Origin: Podarcis muralis
Lineage: Eukaryota
Length of the DNA: 64,000 nt
Assembly (NCBI RefSeq): GCF_964188315.1
Contig: NC_135657.1
Location: 56,854,001 to 56,918,000, forward strand
Reading direction: 5' to 3'
Positions 21,011-34,832 of the stretch are shown here, piece by piece. Each line of letters starts with the position of its first letter. Within the stretch, counting starts at the first letter, position 1. The translations under genes were made by a program, and so were the position numbers. Under the pieces are notes generated by a model. It saw only the letters and a list, made by a program, of their open reading frames with translations, did not search any database and was not told where the DNA came from.

Positions 21011-23512
21011 AACTGTAATCCTAATCTCAATTACCTGGGAGTAAATCTAAGATAGCAGCAGTCTCCTGAAATACAACACTTAAAAAAAAACCCCAACCAT
21101 ATTTTTAAGGACGTCTTGGGCCAACTTTGAAAGAATAATCACAAAGAACCCCCTTTGGTCTTCAACAGGAATACGATGCAACCTCAAGCGCCTACAGCTG
21201 GGGATGTAACTTATGTTTTCAATGTCTATTCTGTACTTGGTATCTATTCCTCCTCTTGTTATACAAATAGTTCATTTATTTGATAAGGAACTCTGGCAAC
21301 TACTGTTGACTCTCAAAACTGCTAAAACCATTTCCCCCTGAAAAGGATGCCTGAAGCTTAAAATCCTACATCTCCTATGCACTAATTTCCATCTCACATT
21401 TTGGAATAAGTTATGTTCATACATCATTTTCTTCGCAATAATTTCCTCGCTTTGTCCTTTATCTGCTGCACAAACCACCTTAGAATTCCTAATATAGAAA
21501 TCCAATAGTTTAAGGGAAGAACTGTGTTACGTGTACCCTTTAATTGTATTTTTTCAGAAAAGAAACATTCCCTTCCCCCTGGTGTCTATGATATATTAGC
21601 ACAAGCTACTTAATGAACAGAGGAAATAGGCAAGAGTATGGGGGGATGGATGGGACTTTCGGGTGTCAAACTTTTACAGGTTAACTTCTTTTCCCAAAAT
21701 GTTAGTAAAAAGACTCTACTGTATGTTTACTTTAAATATTAGAATACATGGAGACACATTGCAGTGATTAATATGTTCCCAAATGTCTTTTCATGCTTGC
21801 CCTGTTTTGCTCCTAAATGAGGTTTAACCCCCAATGGAATTCAAGTATTCCAGAACTTTTTTGAGTCTGCTTGCATAAAGAAGCATTCTAAAGAGCATAT
21901 TTGAACTCTGCTTCAAAGCACAACCCCTTGTGCTGAAATTCATATGCAGAGGTTATTCTTAGGAATTCATTTCTAGGTATTCATTGGTTCTTCCTTCACC
22001 AATTACAAACCAAAACATTAATCTGCCATTATCAAATGCTAGCAAAATATACCAAAGTACTGTGTGACATCTGTCTGTGAATTACTGAAAGGCATGTAAT
22101 ATACAGCATATGTAAGTTCTTCTCTGCACAGGAGACAAAATTGCTTTGTGCTCGTTTCAGATTAATGTATTAAAATTATTTTTCTTTAACAAGTGGAATA
22201 TGCAATAGCATACAGCGAGATCAACACATCTCTGAAATATACTTATTTTATACTAAATTAGAACTTGTCAAAAATTTCATTCTATAAGCTCCTTTGAAAA
22301 GAACAAACAAATGCTTCACCTCTGCTGATGGAAGGCAATACTATCCCCCTCCACTTTCTGCACCTCCTAAAAAGCTGCTATGTGACGAGTTGGGGGCCCC
22401 TCCAGAGTAGATTTGGAAGTGAGGGTGTAGGGGGAGATGGGGTTACCAAAAATGGTCTCCCTCTTCCATTTCATTGACAGGTTCAGTTGAAGGGAAGTGT
22501 TAGTTATCACCCAGGGTTTTTTGTTCCTGCAGAATAAATCCATTATTAAAATGAGTAGAGGACTTACAAGTTGTGCTACAAGTTAAAGAGAAAACAATAA
22601 AACTCACAACATTGAGAGATCACTAGGCGAACATGCTATATGCCATCAGTCAATGTCTAAAACAGGCAACATTTGTGCTGGAATTTCTTTTATTAAAAGC
22701 ACAAGGACCTTGCTAAAGTGTGTATTAAAATTTCAGTCAATAGAGTGTAACTGGCCAAACTGATGCAGACTCATGGATAATCCTTCTATAAATCTTAATT
22801 TGTACAACAGAATGTTCAACATTTATTGAAGTCTACCATCTTGATCCTGAGTGTATTCAGCCCAAACCAGAATTTTATTGTGTTACTGAAATAAGATTTC
22901 ACTCCTTTTCCAACATCGCTAGCAACTGATTCATACAGCTTTTTTCTGATTTCAACTTCTTTTTGTCAACCTGGTTTAACAGTTGCATGAATGCCATGAA
23001 AGCATGTTTGGCAAACACTTAAGCTCACTAATGCACTCAAGGTCATCAGGGCAGTATGTGAAACACTGCATAACCATTGATAGGTTTGCTGGCATAATCA
23101 GTGCTTAATTTCTAGGAAGAAAGATACCAGGGTCGAGTTGGGCTGCAGAAGTCACCCTCTGATCTGGAAGTCTGTTCCCTTCTTGTTGTTGTGTGTGAAC
23201 TCTCTGTAATAATGCACAGCTAAAGGAAATGAATTCTGCATCCCCTCAAGAGCACATGAGGCTATAGTACTGAAAGCAGATGCCCAATGCTGACCCTGGA
23301 ACAAATTAAGACATTAGCATAGCAAATTTATCAACACAACCAACAATTTTGAACAAATAAATCCTAGTTTAAAACAAGTCGCCCAAGGCCATGTTTGGAC
23401 ATCTTAATAAACTGTAAACACGCCTAAGTGAGCCTTGGGTGCATATGGCTGAGGGAAGAATTCAGAAGCTTTAGTGTCCATTGACACTTTACCATAGTTT
23501 GTCGTTTCATCA

Positions 23513-23766
23513 AAGAAGAAGAAGAAGAAGAGTTAGGATTTGATATCCGCTTTATCACTACCCGAAGGAGTCTCAAAGTGGCTAACATTCTTCTTTCCCT
23601 TCCTCCCCCACAACAAACACTCTGTGAGGTGAGTGGGGCTGAGAGACTTCAGAGAAGTGTGACTAGCCCAAGGTCACCCAGCAGCTGCATGTGGAGGAGC
23701 GGAGAAGCGAACCCGGTTCCCCAGATTAAGAGACTACCGCTCTTAACCACTACACCACACTGGCTC
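23513..23766 (-). mobile_element. tRNA-derived SINE with (TTC)n tail (Squam3-like)
   Basis: Minus-strand head GAGCCAGTGTGGTGTAGTGGTTAAGAGC with A/B-box-like motifs, MIR/CORE-like gtgaccttgggc segment, TTC tail. Confidence 0.8.
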
Positions 23767-23815
23767 TCAGCAACGAATGATACTTAATGCCTGAAAAAAA
23801 CATGAAACAATAAGC

Positions 23816-24425
23816 CAGGGGTAGAGAACCTCTGGCTCATAGGCCAATCGTGGCCTGCCAAGGCATCCAGTTTGGCTCACAGGGCTTTCCCCCAAAAAAC
23901 TATGCCCAGACCCATCAACTAATGTCAACAGGATGGGAGGACAGGATTTAATTCTGCACTGGCTACATGATCTTGTTCCCAGGAACAAGACTGCACAGCC
24001 AAGGCAACACAATTTGCACCACATTCATCAGCTGAGTGACAATTAAATCCCTAAAATTCATTTCAAAATAGGTGTCTCATGCAATCTTCTTCAGAGAGGC
24101 TTTAAAACTGCTCAAACAGAAGCGTGAGGCCTTTTTAAAGCCTTTTGCAAGTTTCCCCCTTCATCCTTGGAGGCTTAAATTGGAAGAGAGACTTGGTACA
24201 GGCTTTGTGACTCCTCCAAGATCAGGAACTTAAAGGGGGAAGACTTGGAGAACCCTTTGCAAGTTTCTCTATTTTCCCCTTTTGAAGCCTCTGAGATTGG
24301 GGGACTTAAAAAAGGCGCACAAGGAGACTTGAAGCACAAAAGATTTTGATAGGTGGGTGGCCTCATGAGGCAGATCCTGATAATGGTATTATGGCCCATG
24401 GAGCCAAAAAGTTTTCCCACTCCTG
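23816..24425. mobile_element. Old hAT-type non-autonomous element
   Basis: Degenerate TIRs CAGGGGTAGAGAAC / revcomp CAGGAGTGGGAAAAC. Decayed TSD CAATAAGC / CCATAGGC (6/8). Confidence 0.55.
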
Positions 24426-25818
24426 CCATAGGCTAAACCTTTTGGCACTGACCAAGCAGACTGGCAACTACTACTTTTATCTGTTGAAATAGCTGCTCAC
24501 CCTATAATTGGGCCATGCTGGAATGAAACACTGATACTTTATGTATCTTGTGTACAGGCTTGCAATTTATCATATTTCTTGCAAGAGACACAGACCAAGA
24601 TTACCTACAAAGGTCTTTACAACAGGCATCTACATGGCTTTAAAATAATGCATGCACATACATGTACTTCTGCTCACCTTGCACCTACATTTTATATGCA
24701 GTTATAATTTCATACTTTGTACTAGTTTCAGCTGGTGAATCGAAAACATCTTGGGGGCAAGTCAAGGAGAAATCAACAGACAAGGCCCTGGTACTCATAC
24801 GGAATGTATTTAGAGAACTGGGGTGGCGGGGGGAGAACGACTCACATTGAACAGCTATGTTATTTTAAATTGGTTTTATGTTTTATGCGTACAAGGCAGT
24901 GCTGGAATTTCAAAGTTGGCTTTTGCTTGCATTCATCATAAAACATGTTATATGAGGAGCTGCTGCTGCTACCACTAGCAAAACAGCTGCTGCTAGAAAA
25001 TAAGAGGCCAATGGTCTTAACAATTTATTTTTCCTCTGGTAAGTACGCCTGATAAATGGGGTTCAGTATTTTATGGAAAAATTAACATTGTTTTCAGTCA
25101 TTCTGCAGACACAGACTTTTGAAACAGACTTCTGAAATCTATTTTTATATTTTAAAATCCTGCTGATGTGTTCATTGTATCTAGAGATGGTGTCAATAGC
25201 TGGATAATGCCTTTTTGTTTGCTAAGAGATTGCCCTTATTTTGATGAATGACAGCTAAGTACTTGAAATTCAAAACAACAATCTATTCCTGCTTCTCAGA
25301 CTTTTGCAAAGTGAAAAGCCACATTTGGCACCGATCAATACCAAATTCTTTGCCACAGGCCATGCACTATTAGGCTTTGGTAATTGAGTGGGACATTACT
25401 TCTCGAAACAGAAGCAATTAACAGACCTACCATTTCCTGGCAAAGCCCTTGTAGGGTTGCACTCAGGTTTTTTTGTGTGTACTTGGCTATGATACCTGAG
25501 TACAAAATACATGAGCTGCACGTCAGCTATGAAGCGTATTACATGAATTGTGTGCCCTTGTTTCTTTACAATACAGTATATGCAAATAGACACCTGATCT
25601 TATTCACTTTGCTTCTGAGTTATGTTTTGATACACATCAGAAATCAATCAGAAGCTTTGGCCTAGCTGTTGAATGAAGTCCTGATTCAAGTCTTAGCTTC
25701 ACACCAAGAAAAGAATGAATAATCATCCATTTGTTTTCTCTCAAACTTTAAAAAACAGAAACAGGAATGGAGAATTTGTCACTGTTACAGATACCTGATA
25801 CAGGTGAAAAACAGTGTT

Positions 25819-26143
25819 AAAGGTAAAAGTAAAGGTACCCCTGCCCGTACGGGCCAGTCTTGACAGACTCTAGGGTTGTGCACTCATCTCACTCTAGAGG
25901 CCGGGAGCCAGCGCTGCCCGCATCTGGCGAGCCAGCGCAGCACACGGAACGCCGTTTACCTTCCCGCTGGTAAGCGGTCCCTATTTATCTATTTGCACCC
26001 GGGGGTGCTTTCGAACTGCTAGGTTGGCAGGCGCTGGGACCGAGCAGCGGGAGCGCACCCCGCCGCAGGGATTTGAACCGCCGACCATGCGATCGGCAAG
26101 TCCTAGGTGCTGAGGTTTTACCCACAGCGCCACCCGTGTCCCT
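25819..26143 (-). mobile_element. Sauria SINE (Squam1/POM-like) with internal deletion
   Basis: Reverse complement of the 60143 and 63460 copies. (ACCTTT)n-type tail. TSD AAAAACAGTGTT at 25807-25818 / 26161-26172. Confidence 0.92.
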
Positions 26144-26960
26144 AAGTGTTGATTACCATTAAAAACAGTGTTGATTACCATTAAATCTGGATACAGTTTG
26201 GCCATGAGTTCATCCTCAGAGAGGAATGAGTCCATTATATCACTTACAAGCATCCTTTCAGGAGGGCAGAGGGAGGTCAAAGGAAGAAGCAGGCAGGTCT
26301 CTATCCTGTCACAAGGGAAGAGACCGTGACAAAAACCTAGAACACAAGTGCTCTGCAAGCTGTGGATACCTTGGGAACATTACTCAGTGCAACATAAGAC
26401 CTCTCCCCTGTTGCTCTCCTAAGCAGCACATCAAGAAACTGTCAGGGAGGGTGTGTGTGTGGTTTTTCCTGCTTCCTCCAAAAGCTAAAATGAAACTCCA
26501 TCTCCTTCCAGAACTTCTTTAACATATATGTAGAATGGAAAAGAGCAAGGTTGGTGATGGCCACCAAAAAACTGGGAGGGAAATGGCTTAGGCTTGGGAT
26601 CCCTTTTGATGGTCATCTGTGGCTTAGGTGTTAATCCCAGGAAGCTTCTTTCTCCTGTGACCTCATTCCGGCTGGCTGGTCAGTAGGGAGATTGGAGCTC
26701 TCCAATTCTGGCGGAAAGCAAGCCAGAGGTTCTCAAGGTTCTCTACTGTTTCTGATGATTCCATCTTAGGCAGGCTCCCTACAGCTGTTTACAAGCTCAA
26801 GAGAGATGTGCAGAGACCACAATCAACTTGGGAGTATGTTCAGATTAAAACAAACAAACAAAAACCCCTGTGCTCAGAGGCCTTTGTGCTTATTAGGAAA
26901 AAGTTGTTGTCATCATCTGCACAGTTGAGCTTCTTAAGAATAATCTTCTGGCACATGAAT

Positions 26961-26962
<2 letters not shown>

Positions 26963-27005
<43 letters not shown>
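26963..27005. repeat. Compound (AT)n(AG)n microsatellite
   Basis: Read directly from the sequence. Confidence 0.92.
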
Positions 27006-28380
27006 TACTGGATGTAAGATGTTAGCTTGCTGATCCCTTGTGAATCTAGGGACTCACATACATTTCTTTTACTACATTTGAGCATAAAATTTCATCTATG
27101 TAACTTTATTATTTAGATTTCTTAGCGATTTTTGTGGAAAGCAAGCTGTGCATACCATAAAATTTAAAAAGTGAAGTCAAACACAAGACATATTTTACAT
27201 ATTGTCATAACACAGGGAAAATAAAAACTTCAACTTCTTATATTTTTATGCATGGTTTCAAACACCTAAGAGGTGGATTGAGGAAGATTTACCAATTCAC
27301 TATGGAGTAGTTGAGGCTTGAGTACAGCAAGGAAGTGTGTGAACTTGTTTCTGGCAATAATGGAGATGCAGTAGCACATATATGGCTGCAGTTACCAATC
27401 AAATTCATGCATCAGATCATTCCTTGCTTTTTCTGTTCTAAGGGGAGATCAACCTTTTTCCTCTGCAAGCAGCTGAAAAATGAGTTTGAAAGCAAGTCCA
27501 GGGAATGAATATGGTGGAAGAGAAACAAAGCAGCCCATCAGCAAGCTGACCCCAAGAGAGGCTCCCTAAACTAGCGCTGTAACAAAGTAACTGCTGTGCC
27601 AAGAAACCAGATGTGATCACTGAAAGAACAGCTCCACAGCTTGGTGCCCTCAAAAGACTATAAAATGTCAACAACATACTACAAAGTCAAGGAGAAATAA
27701 AGTAAGCCTATCTAACTTCTGAAATTAAGGCTAAAATGCTATTCCATGTGGAATGCACATCTCTAATATGCATAACACATTGGATGCAACATTGTGTGAG
27801 TGCAAGTTCACTCCCCTATCTCACAGGCAATTTGCATCTCTACAATATTTGTATTTGGGAAATGAGCGTTTTACTGCAGAGTCTTTTGCCTCTTTAGTTT
27901 TTGGGTTTATTCAAAGCTGGTTTATCCTCAGATTCAGGATAGTCATACAGCTACTGAACTCAGCTGCAAGTAACAGAGATCAGCTGTGGGTATTGTAAAG
28001 CTATATTTCCACCTATCCACCTACAAAGTTACTGGAGAAAGAGCCTATGCAACTAGGAAAGATAATGGATTAATTCTGCCTCCCAAATATTCAGATTGTG
28101 GTGTGGCCCAATCATTTTATGATATCTATGGCAGAGAAAAGTATGTTTGATTTAAATAATTCAATGCTTTTATGGGGGGGGGGGAACAACCCACACTCTC
28201 AGCTTGGAACTTATACTATTTGTGCTCCACCTGCTAGTACTTTATAGAATTTCAACCAAACACAACTCAGCATTTATTTGCCAAAGAAAAGCCAGTTCAA
28301 GAGCAGAAACGGTAACACCAAGAAATTGGCTCTCTGGTCTAGCTCACTCTGCATTCCAGACTCAGCTTCTGACTCTACTA

Positions 28381-28444
28381 GTAGTTGTGGTCTAAACCAT
28401 TGAGACTCTTGGGCTTGCTGATCAGAAGGTCAGCGGTTCGAATC
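28381..28444 (+). mobile_element. Isolated tRNA-related head of a Sauria SINE
   Basis: gggcttgctgatcagaaggtcagcggttcgaatc matches the heads of the full copies. Confidence 0.6.
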
Positions 28445-29178
28445 TGATTTTCTGATTTCAACTAAGCTCCCTCTAGCTACACAACTGTTTATATTTCCAG
28501 ACAAGGAATGGGCTCTGTTTATATCTACAGTTTTGAGCAACCAATGTGGAGAAGGGTGTGTGTGCTCAGGAGAGCCTCTCGCACCCGTTTTCTTGTCCAA
28601 CAGCCCTACAGTGCTGTCAGTCAGGTCTTACTGCCTGGTAGTTGCTGCCACCACCCTTCCACTCACTCTCACAGCCCAGATGGGAGGGGATTGATGATGC
28701 ATTAAAACACCTTGAGCTTGTGCATCCTGCACTCCTTGGTACAACCTGCTCACAACTTGCTGGGGGAAGCAGGGCTAGCTATCGGGGGCTTATTCTGCCC
28801 AAGATCAAAGCAGCTTGCTTGGTTCCCTGGTAGATCCACCTCAGCTTCCTAAAACCCAGGCCAGGAACTCTGAAACCCATGCACACTGCATTCCCCAGGG
28901 GGTAGAGGCAGCCCATGCTCCCCTAGTCTTTCCCAGTGCTCCGAAGAACACACTGGTCTCTTAGGACTCCTAAACTTTCAGTAAAATGGATTCCAAAACG
29001 TCTAGTTGTCGGGATCTCAGATTCTCCTTCGTCTCTCAGTTGCCTTCCAGACCATCAGCCATGGTATCCCTTCTGGAGTGGCTGTCCAAGTTGGCACTAC
29101 ATTGCAGTGTTTCCACTTGCATTTGAATAGTTGGTTCACTCATGATTATCCAACTCTTAATAATTCTGCTGCCCCTGA

Positions 29179-29181
<3 letters not shown>

Positions 29182-29223
<42 letters not shown>
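29182..29223. repeat. (TG)~21 microsatellite
   Basis: Read directly from the sequence. Confidence 0.95.
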
Positions 29224-29225
<2 letters not shown>

Positions 29226-29229
29226 TGAC

Positions 29230-29520
29230 CAGGAGAGGGCATTCTTTGTGGCAGTTGCTAAGCTGTGGAATTCCCTTTTAGAAAGGCGTTTAGCTTGTAA
29301 TCGGTTTTAACTGTCGGGGTGGGGAGCCTTTTTGAGTAATTTTTATTTTTACTTGCTGTCTTGCTGTTTTCTGCTGCTATTTTAATGTTTTCATGCTTTT
29401 GTATTAAATCAAAAGTGACATTTTGAATTGTTAACTTGTGGTTTTATTTTTGCTGCTAGGTGCCTTGAGCTTTTTTGAGGAAAGGCAGGCTATAATAAAC
29501 AAAATAAATAATAAATAATT
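29230..29520 (+). mobile_element. Decayed L2-like 3' end
   Basis: agggcattctttgtggcagttgctaagctgtggaattccct plus an AATAAA-rich tail, paralleling the 8926 copy. Confidence 0.4.
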
Positions 29521-31709
29521 GTGAGAGTGGAGACAGATGATTGCTGCTTTCTATGGATTACCAGCTGACGTGTGGCAGATTTTCAAGCAATCATTGCACT
29601 GTTAGTGGTTGTCTGCTTCAGTCCACAGATTGCAAAAATATAGCCTATAGACTTGCTCTTGGGCCCATGCGAGCTGTATGCCAGCACAGTCCTGGACTGT
29701 GTGCAGCCATCACAGGGAAGAGGTGATCATCCTACAAATGCCTGTCAACTAATCTGTGAACTGGATCTTAGCTCAAGAGACCTTTTTCATGCTTCAGGTT
29801 GAGATGTGATGGGACAAATCTTTCTGCTTCTGTCCTTGATTCACAGAACTCTCATTTTAGGGAACATAAAATTATTTTCAATCTGAACCTCTTCATAATC
29901 CTTGAAATGCAAAAGTCCACCAGAAAGTCCATTCCCATGATAAAAATACATATGGTGGGGTTCACCTAACAAGTACCATTCAGTGGGGCTAGCCTCCCTC
30001 TACCCCTAAAACTGACTCGGAAAAACCCTCTGAATGATGCATAGCAGGAGGAGAAGGGGGATAGGCCTGTCTGGGAAGTCGAACTGTTTGCACTGACAGA
30101 ACACTCACCTTACCACAGTGCCGAATTCCTCCTATATAAATCTAAATATTTTTGTATAAGTTAAAAGTGAATGGTTACGTATTGCAAACCTTCTCCAAAG
30201 ATTACTATGACCATCACAAATTATACATTTATTTTAGAAGGCAAACTTCATATATAACACATAACAAAAACTATCGGTTTTAGGCACACTTATTTAAGCA
30301 GTGGTTTATAAAACATGGTTCTGTTCCAATCGAAGCATTTTTCAGAGTACATCTGAATCTTACAGGCTTAAGATGGTTTTGCCTACTAATTCTTCATTGA
30401 TCAGAATATAAAATGTGAGCAGTTGAGAGACAGAATGTATGTAACTGTTCTTTCAAGTTTCATGTTTTATAATTGTATGAGAAAATAAGAGGGACAATGC
30501 CATCTTCTGGCCAAATCAAGTTAGCATGGAATAAAGATATTAATTAACTTCCATACTTAATACACACTTGGCTCTTCAAAGTTTAAATTTCCCTTTCTCG
30601 TGAGTTTTGGCATTATATGAAAAGAAATGTGCTTATTTACCAGAAGCATAAGCTTACTCTTAAAATGAAAATAATTAACATAGCATTTGTCTCACTTATT
30701 GCTACTGACTGTTACACAAAAAGATTTAGCATTATTTATGCTAGATTTAGTTGAAACCAGTACAAAGAAGAAGAAAAAAACATTTCTTGTTATTGCACAT
30801 GCAGACTGTTCTTCAGGAGAAGAGGCTTAGGACAAATAAAAAAATCTATGATCCAAATTCAGAGGTGTATCCAGCCATGTCACTCATCTGACAGAATGGG
30901 GAAGGAGAGGAGACAAATGAGCTTCCCTCCCCATTCTTCTGATAGAAGCCTTACCATCAGCTGAGTGACACTGCTTATACAACCCATTGCAAGTTTGCAG
31001 CAGAAGCTAGCTGTGGAAGCACTAACTGACAAGATCCTTTGATGTCTCCAAGAACTCCCCCCCCCCAAAAAAAAAGATACCAAGCAAAATGTTTCATGTA
31101 TAAAAAGAGCATTTCCTTGAAAAATGATGACAGCAAAGAAACAACAGAAAAATGCAACAGAAAAATGGACTTGGGTGTTGTGCTTCTAAAAAGAAAAAAG
31201 ACCTATATAGTGGGAGGGGCAAGCTGGCACTCACTGGGCACCTGGCATTTCAGCTGCAGAGCTGCGAGGAAGCCTTGCTTATTCCGTGGCTAAGGGATGT
31301 GCTGTGAGTTATCTTTTTATGTTACATCTGTTTCCCCCTGTTTTAGAAGTGGGTTCTGTTAGTAACTGGATCAACGAGGAAGCCTCTTCTGAGACATATG
31401 CTCTCCCTGCCACTTCTCTGTTAGCTACAGCAGGATACTCCAAACATCTCTAAATCATAGTTTCCATACTGTGTTTCTGGGGAGGCCTTACTTACTTGAA
31501 AGCAATAGCTGAACAGAAGATGCAAAGAATATGGAAACTTTTTTTTGCATTTTAATCCAATGAACGCACTTTAAAAAAGAAGAGTGTACATCAGAGTTAC
31601 AGCTGTCTTGTTGCTTCTTCAGCATTTAATATGTGACATTTAAGAATATTACATTTATTTATTTATTAAAAAAGAAAAACCAATCATGGATATATCAGAA
31701 GACATTTAC

Positions 31710-31867
31710 CTGGGTTTTTGTAGATACTGAGTACATCCTTGAAATAATGAGGTAAAAATCTTTCTAGTAAAAGCAGCACATCCTCCAATTCCTCCAGAAT
31801 CCCCACAAGTAGGAAATTTTCATTCACATTCACTTTTGCTCTTTCAAGGGCCCATTCCCCAGGCTCC
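31710..31867 (-). CDS. UST: UST coding exon (158 nt): (R)EPGEWALERAKVNVNENFLLVGILEELEDVLLLLERFLPHYFKDVLSIYKNP
   Basis: Acceptor ttcttgaag|GGA and donor CAG|gtaaat. Phase 2 in, phase 1 out. Confidence 0.96.
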
Positions 31868-32119
31868 CTTCAAGAACATAAAAGAAAAGAATCTTTAAAT
31901 TGAATTTGCAAACAAAAGTTTTACTCTGTAATAAAAACTGAGTTTAGAACAATTCACAGTATTAAGGCTGCTAGGCAGCTAGAATATTTTGCCAACTGCG
32001 GAATATCAATCATTTTTAATGTTCGCTATCTAAGTTTCTGTGACATATTTTAAGACTTTCAAATAATCTTGTTTTTAAGCCATCAATATACCAAGAAGCT
32101 GACATATGGCTTGCCCTGC

Positions 32120-32245
32120 ACAGCATAGCCCAGATTTCACTAACCTGGTGCCCTCCAGAGGTTTGGACTATAACTCTTATCAGCCTCAGACAGCACCTGA
32201 GTTGTAATCTAAAATTTCTGGAGCGCACCAGGTGAGTAAAAGGTA
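32120..32245. mobile_element. Old palindromic hAT-type MITE
   Basis: Inverted arms cctggtgccctccaga...ttggactataactc / gagttgtaatct...tctggagcgcaccagg. Confidence 0.6.
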
Positions 32246-33013
32246 GCATAAACCTCATTAGGTTTAGCAACTTAAAGCAACAATGGATCTGCCTAATCAA
32301 GGGATCTAAGCCGTCAATCGTGGCCTATTTGTGGTTGGGAATGTTATATGGTCAGCAGGCCAAATCCTTATCTCCCCTACCCAAATTAGACAGCACTCAC
32401 CCATCACATCACTTGGTGTCACTATGACACCAGGAGATGGTCACTGGAGTTCAAGGCAGCATGCAAGGTTTGCAAAGAGCCCTGGGTGGTAGTTTAAAGT
32501 GCCTTTATTCAGGAGGCCTGAAATCACCACACATCAGCTGATAGACAGTGACTTCAAGTCTACTTCTGGCAGGGAATTGGCTGTGTCATCAGGTTCAGTT
32601 GCATCTCCACATGCCCCACATCTGATGTCACAGATGGGGCAGGTGGCTATATTCTGGCAAAAGCTGGATATTGAATTCTGGACAAATTGATGCTTTTTGA
32701 GGTGTGAAAAGAAGAGGCTTATTAGAGCCATCTTATTTTTGCATTCCTTCTATTCAGTATTTTAGAAAGGGAAGGGAAGGTCGATTGATCTGTCCTCTCT
32801 TTTTTTGTCCAGTCCTTTAGCATTTGGCACAGCTTGCTTTCTAACGCAATCTGTGAACTGGTATTCTGCACAACTCCTTAACTTTCATATTAATTACCAG
32901 CATGATATAATTTGGGCTCTCTGCTGTTTTCTGTGGAACATTCCAAAACTGAAATCACCCCAGCTCCAGTAGGTGGTAAGAAATAACTTGGAAAAGGGAG
33001 ATAACATAGTTAC

Positions 33014-33111
33014 CTGCATCTTGGATGCTGTCCACAAAAATATGGAATAATATAAAATAACCTGGGATTGGAACATTCAGGGTAGTTCTCAAGAATGCAT
33101 ACGTTAATATC
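33014..33111 (-). CDS. UST: UST coding exon (98 nt): DINVCILENYPECSNPRLFYIIPYFCGQHPRC(R)
   Basis: Acceptor ttcttttag|GAT and donor CAG|gtaact. The IPYFCGQ motif is typical of the HS2ST/UST family. Confidence 0.96.
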
Positions 33112-33312
33112 CTAAAAGAAGGGGAGGGGGGAAGAAAAGAAAATGTTGTAAATGAACTATGAAGTTCTCTGTTGTCTTCCAGTGATGGAGCACAGATCTA
33201 AGGCCCGAATTGTCGAACAAACCATTGCATCAACATGATTTACTACATTCAGAAGGGAATCCTCATGTTTTATTTATATTGCTTTTGAAACTTACAGGTG
33301 TATGGGTGTGTA

Positions 33313-33666
33313 AAAGTAAAGGTAAAGTGACCCCTGACCATTAGGTCCAGTCGTGGCCGACTCTGGGGTTGCGGCGCTCATCTCGCTTTATTGGCCAAGG
33401 GAGCCGGCGTACAGCCAGTCATGTGGCCAGCATGACTAAGCCACTTCTGGCGAACCAGAGCAGCACACGGAAAGGCTGTTTACCTTCCCGCCGGAGCGGT
33501 ACCTATCTATCTACTTGCACTTTGACATGCTTTCGAACTGCCAGGTTGGCAGGAGCAGGGACCGAGCAACGGGAGCTCACCCCGTTGCAGGGATTCGAAC
33601 CGCTGACCTTCTGATCGGCAAGTCCTAGGCTCTGTGGTTTAACCCACAGTGCCATCCATGTCCCTC
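33313..33666 (-). mobile_element. Sauria SINE, second subfamily, full length
   Basis: 12-bp TSD TATGGGTGTGTA (33301-33312 / 33667-33678), tRNA-like head, ACCTTT tail. 3' body differs from the 60143 subfamily. Confidence 0.92.
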
Positions 33667-34585
33667 TATGGGTGTGTAGATGCCCTTTAAAAACAAAACA
33701 AGATCCAGTTATATCCGCTTCCTTGCTAACAGAAACCTGTTTGTGCAATGGAACTTCTTATTTCTTTTCTCCCCTTTCCAGCCACACCTGCAATCCCAAA
33801 ATCTGATATGGAGGCTCTCTCCAAACTTTTGAAGCAGATTTGGGATATACGGGCAGCTGCAGGGAGATGGAGAAGGAAAAGCGCCGCTGTGCAAGCAGAC
33901 AGCTGCTCATGCTACACTGAATCTCACCCATAATTTTAAGATCAGCACGAGTATTGGAAATATCAGTTCCTTTACAAAATATTCAGCTACAAGTTATCTA
34001 ACTACAGAAAGTTTTGTTAAGTTATGCATCCCTTTAAAATGCAATGTTTTATAGTATACACTTATGCAGCTAAAGAGGCTGAAATCTGGAACTTGTCCAG
34101 TGAACTCCTTTCCACCATACCCTCAAATTGGCTAGGAAGTTTCTGGGAGTAAACCTGTGGGGGGTGGGGAAGCCATTATTGTTTTTGAAATTTTCACACT
34201 TGCAAGTTAACAGTTCCTTCAGCTCATGTATTCATAGTCTTTAAAATGGACAAAATGAATATGGATAGTGGGTTAGTGGTAATTTATCAAGAACCTGATT
34301 AAATTTCCAAAAGTGAGTAACAATGCATTTAGTCTCAGACCAGAAATTATACAGATGTATGTCAGAGGCAGAGTTTGCTGCAACAAATCTTCTCAAGTTT
34401 GTTTTTTCCCTTTTAAATCTTTAACTGTTTCAAAATCAAATGTATAAATCTGGCACAGTCTTCACATTCATGTAACAATTCCAATAGCACAAACTGTGCT
34501 GAACAAATTTGTGGAGGTATTCCAAAAATGAAGCATAAATATTCACAACCATATTTGAGGAATTATGTATTAGCAAATTAGAATA

Positions 34586-34805
34586 CAGTGGTACCTCGGG
34601 TTACAGACACTTCAGGTTACAGACTCCACAAACCCAGAAATAGTACCTAGGGTTAAAAACTTTGCTTCAGGATGAGAACAGAAATCGTGCGGCGGCAGTG
34701 GGAGGCCTCATTAGCTAAAGTGGTACCTCAGGTTAAGAACAGTTTCAGGTTATGAACGGACCTCCAGAACGAATTACCATAAGTTCTTAACCCGAGGTAC
34801 CACTG
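34586..34805. mobile_element. Tigger-like CAGTGGTACCTC MITE (opposite orientation to 13270)
   Basis: Both TIRs and TA TSD present. Confidence 0.92.
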
Positions 34806-34832
34806 TACTGTGTTTGTAAAATGTGTTAATTC

